This document shows positions 1-6,668 of a DNA stretch of 20,655 nt, piece by piece (positions within the stretch are counted from its first letter, which is position 1; the number at the start of each line of letters is the position of its first letter). The translations under genes and the position numbers were made by a program. The stretch is taken from positions 8,411 to 29,065 of the forward strand of contig JBHLLG010000033.1 in NCBI GenBank assembly GCA_048885925.1. The letters are read 5' to 3'. The notes beneath the pieces are model-generated. The model searched no databases. It saw only the letters and a program-made list of their open reading frames with translations, and was not told where the DNA came from. The stretch comes from Candidatus Hermodarchaeota archaeon. GTDB taxonomy: Archaea > Asgardarchaeota > Lokiarchaeia > Sigyniarchaeales > SOKP01.

Positions 1-19
1 AAATTTCATTATTATAACC

Positions 20-199
20 TTATTCTAAATCTTCCTCTAAAAAGTAATTCTCTCCTTTTTTAACATAAACAATTGTTGATCCAAAATTATTCCGTATTGT
101 ATATTTATTTCCTTGAACATCTAATACCTCAACAGAATAAGATAATCTTCTTTGTTTTAAGATTTCATCAATAATTTTTTTTTCCTCTTCTAGATCCAT
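20..199 (-). CDS. Small hypothetical protein, 59 aa (not in ORF track)
   Basis: Manual translation from ATG at 199 to TAA at 20-22: MDLEEEKKIIDEILKQRRLSYSVEVLDVQGNKYTIRNNFGSTIVYVKKGENYFLEEDLE. Protein-like composition (N-terminal helix, then beta-rich) in an otherwise stop-rich region. Confidence 0.75.
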   Translation of the reverse strand: MDLEEEKKIIDEILKQRRLSYSVEVLDVQGNKYTIRNNFGSTIVYVKKGENYFLEEDLE

Positions 200-671
200 A
201 ACTTCAAATTATATATCAAAACAAAAAAATCTTGTTATTTTAATTCTTAATTAACACTCAATTATTAAAAGTTTAAAGGTCGATTTGTTTTTTCTTAAAA
301 TATGCAATTTTTAATATACTTGAAATTAACTAATTAGATTAGATTTCTTAAGAGCTATTTACTATTTTTGACCAACTTTCTAATACGAAAAAAAATAAAA
401 TAAGAATGCAATTAGAAATTTTCTTTAATATACTCCTTTTGGTAAAAATTCAATTTAAATTCAGCTAGGTAGTTATTTATTTTTGAATTTTGAAAAATTC
501 TAATTATATTAAAAAATTTATTTGTAAAGATTAAATGGATTTAAATTTATATACTTAGAATAAGTTTCAATTTAAGAAATCAAATATAATAACTCTTAAC
601 ATTAATTATTTTAATTTTATTGATTATTAACCTTATTAAAAAATTGATTTTTTTTTATTAAATATTATATA

Positions 672-720
672 TTTTTATATAAACATATGTTTAATTAAAC
701 ATAAAAATACTGAAAACATA
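672..720 (+). promoter_or_regulatory. TATA-like box followed by overlapping palindromes and three AAACATA repeats upstream of the GT4 gene
   Basis: TTTTTATATAA at 672-682; perfect palindromes TAAACATATGTTTA (680-693) and TATGTTTAATTAAACATA (686-703); AAACATA at 681, 697 and 714. Confidence 0.45.
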
Positions 721-772
721 AATTTCTTCTAAAAAAATAGTCATTAGAATCTTATTTTCTAATTGATAGAAT

Positions 773-2023
773 ATGGTAAAACAGAAATTAGATATTGGAT
801 TTTTCACTGATATGTATTCACAAGTTAATGGTACTGCTATTGCTTGCCGAACTCTCGCTGAAGCTATTGCAAAATATACAGATCATAACGTTCATGTATT
901 TGCACCAGGTATTCAAAAACCAAACAATATACCTAAGAATTTATACCTCCATAATTTTTTTGGTGCAAAAATCGCTCCTAAAACAGGTTTTGTCTTAAGT
1001 TTACCTTTACATAAATATTTTTTCTGTTCTCATGATTATTTAGATATAGCTCATATTCACACACATGCTAGTTTTGGTTCTATGGCAATTAACTGGGCTA
1101 AATATTTAGGGATCCCAATGGTAGGAACACATAATTCTCCACTCTCTTTTTATACAGCACAATATATTCCTATTTTTGGAAAATTACTTTCAAAAATGGA
1201 TTGGGTTTGGCGATATGAGAGACATGTCTTAGATAAATATGATTTAGTTTCAGTTCCTACAAAATCAAAAAAAGAATTGCTTAGAAAACAAAGATTTAAA
1301 GAACCTATAGTTTGTTTAACTAATGGTATTTCAGATTTATATTTTACAGACATAAAAGAAAATGGTATACGAGAAAAATATGATCTAGATGATAAGAAAA
1401 TTTTATTGTATGCTTCAAGGTTATCTCCTGAAAAGCATCAATTAAATGTAATTAAAACATTTAAAAAGATTCATAAAGAAGTATCTGATTCTCACCTTGT
1501 TCTTGTAGGAAGCGATGGTCCATCAGGCTCACATGTGAAGAAGTTAATAAAAAAGAAAAATTATAAAGATATTGTTTCTTACTTAGGGCGTGTTCCTTTC
1601 ACAGATTTATTAAAGCTTTATAATATTGCGGATTTAGCTTGTTTATGGTCTTGGATTGAAGCAGAAGGATTAGTATTAATTGAAGCAATGGCGCAAGGAA
1701 CTCCTTGTATAGGATCAAATGCAGTTGGAATTTCCAATGTAATTAGACATGGTAAAACAGGTTATTTAGCAAATAATTTGGATGATTTCAAGACTCGTGT
1801 TGTAGAATTACTCAAAGATGATGATTTACGGGAAGAAATGGGCCTTAATGCGAAAATGGTAGCAAAAAATTATCGAATTAGTAAAGTAGCGAAAACTTGG
1901 ATAAAACTTTATAAATTTGCTATTAATGAGCTATACCCTCTAAGATATTACAAACAAGAGAGAAAAAGTCGAGTAGAGTTGGTTAAGAATTTTATAAAAA
2001 AATTACCTATAGTATCCTTTTAA
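773..2023 (+). CDS. GT4 (GT-B fold) glycosyltransferase, diacylglycerol-glucosyltransferase (UGDG)-like
   Basis: N-terminal FTDMYSQVNG, HIHTH, THN, SRLSPEK, and the EX7E motif EAEGLVLIEAMAQGTP. Confidence 0.9.
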   Translation: MVKQKLDIGFFTDMYSQVNGTAIACRTLAEAIAKYTDHNVHVFAPGIQKPNNIPKNLYLHNFFGAKIAPKTGFVLSLPLHKYFFCSHDYLDIAHIHTHASFGSMAINWAKYLGIPMVGTHNSPLSFYTAQYIPIFGKLLSKMDWVWRYERHVLDKYDLVSVPTKSKKELLRKQRFKEPIVCLTNGISDLYFTDIKENGIREKYDLDDKKILLYASRLSPEKHQLNVIKTFKKIHKEVSDSHLVLVGSDGPSGSHVKKLIKKKNYKDIVSYLGRVPFTDLLKLYNIADLACLWSWIEAEGLVLIEAMAQGTPCIGSNAVGISNVIRHGKTGYLANNLDDFKTRVVELLKDDDLREEMGLNAKMVAKNYRISKVAKTWIKLYKFAINELYPLRYYKQERKSRVELVKNFIKKLPIVSF

Positions 2024-2038
2024 TAATAATTTTATTCT

Positions 2039-2785
2039 TTAAAAATTGTATTCTTCTTTAATATTTCTTAGTTTTTGCTTACATTCATTACAATAATTAA
2101 ATGATTTTTCATCAATCTCTTTTACATCATTGGAAAATCTCATCACACATAATTTATTAAAGCAGTGGTTAGAGCCTATTATTAAATGACCAATTTCATG
2201 TATTATCTCTTTAATAACTCGTTGTTCAAAAAGATTATTATTCTCAGTTCTATGATAAAAATGTTCTTTTAATTTCAATGATGAAACTACACAACATCGA
2301 TGTTTTAAGTGAGTTTCTCCAAATAAAAATATTATATTGTCATTACTACTTGAATATATGGGAAGGTCAGTTATTGCAATTATCATACCAAGATTTTCTT
2401 CTTTCCTTTTATTAATAAGGATTTGATAAAATTTATTAGTAGGATGAATTTTAATTTTACCAAAAGTTTTTTTCATTCCTTTATATTCTTTTTTCACACC
2501 TTTAGAGAATAACTCGAAAGAAAAATTATAGTAGCCAAGATTTCTTATATCAAAAAAGAAGGAATCATATACTTGATTTATATAGAATTTAATATTTTTA
2601 AAAAAAGATTTTTCAAAATCTCCAAAAAATAGAATTCCCAAGTGACAAGGTAAAATTAATTTTTCTGATATATCATCTGCTAATTCAAATTCTTCTATGT
2701 AAGAAATTCCTATTCGTGTAATCAATTTCTTCAGTTTTTCTTTATATTTTCGAATTTTCTGTTGATATTTTTGAAGTTTTGGCAT
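2039..2785 (-). CDS. amzA: Archaemetzincin-family (M54) zinc metalloprotease
   Basis: HEIGHLIIGSNH zinc motif followed by the Cys4 site C-x4-CVM-x-FS...CxxC; upstream ITDLPIY...FLFG and VVSSLKL segments typical of the family. Confidence 0.85.
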   Translation of the reverse strand: MPKLQKYQQKIRKYKEKLKKLITRIGISYIEEFELADDISEKLILPCHLGILFFGDFEKSFFKNIKFYINQVYDSFFFDIRNLGYYNFSFELFSKGVKKEYKGMKKTFGKIKIHPTNKFYQILINKRKEENLGMIIAITDLPIYSSSNDNIIFLFGETHLKHRCCVVSSLKLKEHFYHRTENNNLFEQRVIKEIIHEIGHLIIGSNHCFNKLCVMRFSNDVKEIDEKSFNYCNECKQKLRNIKEEYNF

Positions 2786-2939
2786 TATTAGAGTATTGAA
2801 AGATCCATTTTATAATAATTTTCTTTCTTTTAAAAAAATTGAAAGAATAAGTTTAATTTCATTAGTCATATGTATTTAAGTAATTAATAATATTATTACT
2901 TAGAATATATAATTAATATATAACTAAATCAACAAGATT

Positions 2940-3986
2940 ATGACAGATATCTTAGAAAATTCTGAGGAGACTAAATTAAACAAACCTAATTTTGAAATTT
3001 CTTCAGATCAATCGAAAAATGATAAAGAAGTAATTAAAAAAGATTTTATCCCCCATTTCTTTCCCACGTATAGAACAAGAAGAAAAATTTATCCAATTCC
3101 CATAGTTTTAGTAGTAATAGTAGCAGGATTTTTGGCATATTTGACTTACATTGAGGCTGGTATTAGATATGATGGAGGATATTTCTCAGAGCGAGAAATG
3201 GGAGCATTAGGTGGATTGTTAAATGGCTTGATTTACACAGCTTTAGCAGTAATCTCTGCCTTTATTATAATATTTATAATTAAGAAAAAAGGAATTGGTG
3301 TATTAATGTATATTTTTGGCTTTAGTTTTGCATTGATTGGATTTTTTCAAACATGGTTTTTTGGACAAATTATAATTGGTCTTTTGTTCTATAAATTCCC
3401 CTTTCTCTACTATACATTTTTTTTTGAATTGATTTTTCTTACAGGGATCTTTACCGTTATTATGATTTATCAATACTTTACTTCAAAATCAATAAAAACG
3501 AAAAATTTCATAGTTTTATATATTGGGCTACTCATTGGAGCATCAATGGGAGTACTAATGCCTCTGTGGACAACACTAGCAATCCTAATTGGGATATCTT
3601 GTTGGGATATTTTTGCGGTACTTTATAAACATGGACCTATTAAACAATTAATCGATATTGCTTCAATGTCAGGAAATGGAGATGTAATAGAAGAAGAATT
3701 AGTAAAGCAAAAAATTGCAGATGGAGAATTCGAATATGATACTTCTAAATTAGAGATTGGAATAGGTGATTTAGCATTTTATAGTATGCTAACATCTAGT
3801 GCTCTTGTTCAAACTAATAACTTACTTGTTATGATTTTTACTGCACTTGCAATATTGGTTGGAGTAGGCATTACAATTTCAGGATTAAAAAAAAATAAAA
3901 TCCTGCCTGGTTTACCAATTTCAATTTTTCTTGGAATTGGAACTATGATTTTATCTTGGTATTTAATCTCAACTTTTTTAGTTTAA
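2940..3986 (+). CDS. Presenilin-family (A22, GxGD) intramembrane aspartyl protease
   Basis: About 9 hydrophobic segments; catalytic WDIFAV (YD equivalent), EIGIGDLAFYS (GxGD), and LPGLPISI (PAL equivalent). Confidence 0.92.
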   Translation: MTDILENSEETKLNKPNFEISSDQSKNDKEVIKKDFIPHFFPTYRTRRKIYPIPIVLVVIVAGFLAYLTYIEAGIRYDGGYFSEREMGALGGLLNGLIYTALAVISAFIIIFIIKKKGIGVLMYIFGFSFALIGFFQTWFFGQIIIGLLFYKFPFLYYTFFFELIFLTGIFTVIMIYQYFTSKSIKTKNFIVLYIGLLIGASMGVLMPLWTTLAILIGISCWDIFAVLYKHGPIKQLIDIASMSGNGDVIEEELVKQKIADGEFEYDTSKLEIGIGDLAFYSMLTSSALVQTNNLLVMIFTALAILVGVGITISGLKKNKILPGLPISIFLGIGTMILSWYLISTFLV

Positions 3987-4071
3987 TAAGAATTACATTT
4001 TTTATAGTAAAATATATTCTAATCGATTCTTATAATTAATATTACGATTATTAAATTTGAGGGTTAATTCG

Positions 4072-5259
4072 ATGGAGGATATTAATAAAATAAAAAATAT
4101 TACAGTTATTGGAGCTGGAACTATGGGGCATGAAATAGCGCAAGTTGCTTTAATGGGAGGATTCAAACATGTTATTTTAAATGATTTAAACAACGATATA
4201 TTGGAAAAGGCATCCAATAAAATAAAAAACGGCTTAGAAAGATTAGAAGTTAAGGGAAAGTTGCGAGAAGGATTTACAGTAGAGTCCCTTATGAAAAATC
4301 TTGAAATACAACCAGATTTAAAGAAAGCTGTATCACATACAGATTTTGTATTTGAAGCGATTCCAGAAGTAATGAAATTGAAACAAAATCTTTTTGAGAA
4401 ATTAGGTAAATTCGCATCAACACATACTATTTTAGCAACAAATACATCAACAATGAGTATAACTGAGATTGGTTCTAGATCTGGTAGATCTGACAGAGTG
4501 ATTGGATGTCATTTTTTTACTCCAATTGTAGTACTTAGATTGATTGAAATTATAAAAGGAAAGGAAACATCAGAAAAGACTGTTGAAATAGCTAAAAAAG
4601 TTTGCCAAGAATTTCCTGCGCTTAAAGGGAAAAGAGTTTTACCTATTCTCGAAAGGGAAAGCCCCGGTTTTATAGTAAACAGATTAACAATAGGAACTAG
4701 TCTTTATTTAAATTGGCTTCTTGATTATGCTATGGAAAAAGGTATTCCACTAGAAAAAATTGATGCAGATGCAAAAGATTTAATGGAGATTGGACCGTAT
4801 GCTAGATGGGACATTTTAGGTTTAGATGTTATATATAATGTTTTAAAGTATTTTGAGAAAATGGTCTCTCCAGATTTCTCTCCAGGACTTATATTATCAA
4901 AGTTGGTGAATGAAGGTCAATTAGGTAAAAAAACTGGTAAGGGTCTTTTTATTTGGAAAGAAGGGAAACCAGTAATTGATAAAAAAGAAAGAGCAGGACT
5001 TCTTGATCTTGAACTTTTGATGGCAATACAATTAAATGAAGGATGTAGACTTCTTCAAGAAAAAATTGTCTCTAATTATAAAATAATTGATGATACAATG
5101 TTAGCAGGAATGGCTTCTCCAGGACCATTTGGTCCCGGTAAAAAACAATATAGAAGGTGGTCTAAATTATTAGAAGAATTTGCTAAGAAATCAAATCTTA
5201 ATTACTTAAAGCCCTGTAATTTAATGAAATCTGGGAAATTCATTCAAATGCGAAAGTAA
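4072..5259 (+). CDS. 3-hydroxyacyl-CoA dehydrogenase (NAD-binding domain plus two C-terminal helical domains)
   Basis: VIGAGTMG Rossmann motif, EAIPE, LATNTST, catalytic GCHFFTP/LIEII, PGFIVNR, LGKKTGKG. ATG 4072 preferred over TTG 4057 because GAGG lies upstream. Confidence 0.93.
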   Translation: MEDINKIKNITVIGAGTMGHEIAQVALMGGFKHVILNDLNNDILEKASNKIKNGLERLEVKGKLREGFTVESLMKNLEIQPDLKKAVSHTDFVFEAIPEVMKLKQNLFEKLGKFASTHTILATNTSTMSITEIGSRSGRSDRVIGCHFFTPIVVLRLIEIIKGKETSEKTVEIAKKVCQEFPALKGKRVLPILERESPGFIVNRLTIGTSLYLNWLLDYAMEKGIPLEKIDADAKDLMEIGPYARWDILGLDVIYNVLKYFEKMVSPDFSPGLILSKLVNEGQLGKKTGKGLFIWKEGKPVIDKKERAGLLDLELLMAIQLNEGCRLLQEKIVSNYKIIDDTMLAGMASPGPFGPGKKQYRRWSKLLEEFAKKSNLNYLKPCNLMKSGKFIQMRK

Positions 5260-5340
5260 CAAGTTCTAAAGAGATTAAAGTTAATTATTTAAAATGAGAA
5301 AGATATTATAATTTAAAAGCTGAGTTTAATTAAAATATCT

Positions 5341-5631
5341 ATGTCTGAAAAAGAAGATCATCTCAAAACTGGTTTTGAAAGAATAATGGATTATTTTAGT
5401 AATTCTCTTGAAATAAACCATCCAATCGCTATAGCAAAAATAGTAGAAGATACAAATTTCTCTTGGAGTTTTGTTAAAAAAACTTTAACTAAAATAAAAG
5501 AAGAATATGATGGTTTTCATTTTGAAAAGTCGGGAAACACATGGATTATTTGGAAAGATCGAGATCATTTAATAAAAAAACTTAACGATACCTGTTCTCG
5601 CTTATTAGAAGAACCAAAGAAAGAATGCTAG
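5341..5631 (+). CDS. Small winged helix-turn-helix-like protein, 96 aa
   Basis: Helix (GFERIMDYF), HTH-like IAKIVEDTNFSWSFVKKTLTKI, then a beta-hairpin wing FHFEKSGNTWIIWK. Fold inferred by pattern only. Confidence 0.65.
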   Translation: MSEKEDHLKTGFERIMDYFSNSLEINHPIAIAKIVEDTNFSWSFVKKTLTKIKEEYDGFHFEKSGNTWIIWKDRDHLIKKLNDTCSRLLEEPKKEC

Positions 5632-5776
5632 AAATTTTTCTATGTTTTGATTTCAATATCTTCTAAATAAAGTGATATAAAGATTTTGTTTATAAAATTA
5701 TCGCTCTCCAATGCTTTAAACGTATGAACTCGCGTTTTATATTTAAAAACTTACTTTTTAAAGAAATTTGAATAAT

Positions 5777-5938
5777 ATGAGTATTCCTTTAGATTTTAAA
5801 TTTAGAGTATTTACTTGTCCATTTAAGAATGCTTGTAATCTACCAAAAATACAATTCTTATATAAGATCCCAGAATGCAAGAATTGTACAGATTATGCGG
5901 AAAGGTTGCGAAAACTCAAGGAAAAGATTCTACATTAG
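5777..5938 (+). CDS. Small Cys-rich (putative metal-binding) protein, 53 aa (not in ORF track)
   Basis: ATG 5777 to TAG 5938: MSIPLDFKFRVFTCPFKNACNLPKIQFLYKIPECKNCTDYAERLRKLKEKILH. Pattern C-x5-C-x13-C-x2-C; TATA-like TTTTATAT about 35-40 nt upstream. Confidence 0.65.
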   Translation: MSIPLDFKFRVFTCPFKNACNLPKIQFLYKIPECKNCTDYAERLRKLKEKILH

Positions 5939-6039
5939 AGTTAAAAAGCTCAAATTATAGAGCATCTCTTATTCTTAATCTCTAAAGTAGGAAATAATGA
6001 TAAAAACTTCAATTCCTATTTAAAATATATGGTATAAAC

Positions 6040-6216
6040 CTATTTCTTTAATAAATTCAATTTATTTTGAACATAATTAAGTAAGTGTAAAAGTTCTTCG
6101 GAATTACATCTATCTATTAAATCCAATAAATTTTCTACCCATGATTCTCTGCATTGTTCGCATTCAAAAATAAAATCAAGATTTATTTTTTTTTCTTTAA
6201 TGCTTATTGATACCAC
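6040..6216 (-). CDS. Small helical CxxC protein, about 55-58 aa (not in ORF track)
   Basis: GTG 6216 (or ATA 6207 after AGGTGG) to TAG 6040: (M)VSISIKEKKINLDFIFECEQCRESWVENLLDLIDRCNSEELLHLLNYVQNKLNLLKK. Lies 34 nt downstream of the co-oriented 76-aa ORF. Confidence 0.6.
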   Translation of the reverse strand: MVSISIKEKKINLDFIFECEQCRESWVENLLDLIDRCNSEELLHLLNYVQNKLNLLKK

Positions 6217-6250
6217 CTGTTCTTTTAAATAACATAAGTAAGGAGTTAAA

Positions 6251-6481
6251 TTAGAAATATATTCGACAGCGTATACTCACAATATCTTCTCTACTAATCG
6301 AATAGACATTGGTTTTGTATTTTTTTTTAAAATATTTTTGATTTAGTGATTTCCCTTCTAGAACTCGAAAATATAATCTATTATTATCAATCCATAAATG
6401 ATCTACCATGATATTGATTTTATTCATTCTTCCGGTGCTATAAAGCTGAAATGCTAAGAACATTTCCAATTTAGACTCCAT
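6251..6481 (-). CDS. Small basic beta-rich hypothetical protein, 76 aa
   Basis: ATG-initiated ORF with a TATATATA tract immediately upstream and no competing long ORF. Confidence 0.7.
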   Translation of the reverse strand: MESKLEMFLAFQLYSTGRMNKINIMVDHLWIDNNRLYFRVLEGKSLNQKYFKKKYKTNVYSISREDIVSIRCRIYF

Positions 6482-6594
6482 ACTTATTTATATATATATG
6501 AATTTAAACTGCCGCTTTTAAAGAAAAAAAATTTCTATAAGGTCAAAACAATTTTAAAATTAACACTCAAGATTTTGGAACTCTATAAAAAACC

Positions 6595-6636
6595 TTTTTA
6601 TTAGTGAAAAATTTCATTTAGTGTGAAATTTCACAC
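6595..6636 (+). promoter_or_regulatory. TATA-like box plus tandem operator palindromes upstream of the FrhB-like gene
   Basis: TTTTTATTA at 6595-6603; imperfect TGAAAAATTTCA at 6605-6616; perfect 16-bp GTGTGAAATTTCACAC at 6621-6636, 32 nt before the ATG. Confidence 0.65.
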
Positions 6637-6668
6637 ACAGAAAAAATAATTTAAATGGTAAATATCAA

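Noticed and set aside
795-1353. Track ORFs 795..998 (+) and 1150..1353 (-)
   Set aside because: Shadow ORFs inside the GT4 gene with no motifs.
4002-4217. 71-aa minus-strand ORF
   Set aside because: Antisense to the conserved Rossmann motif of the dehydrogenase.
249-6570. 13-mer AATTAACACTCAA at both 249-261 and 6558-6570, each upstream of a small minus-strand gene
   Set aside because: A 13-nt match is expected by chance in 20 kb of such AT-rich DNA, and the distances to the starts differ.
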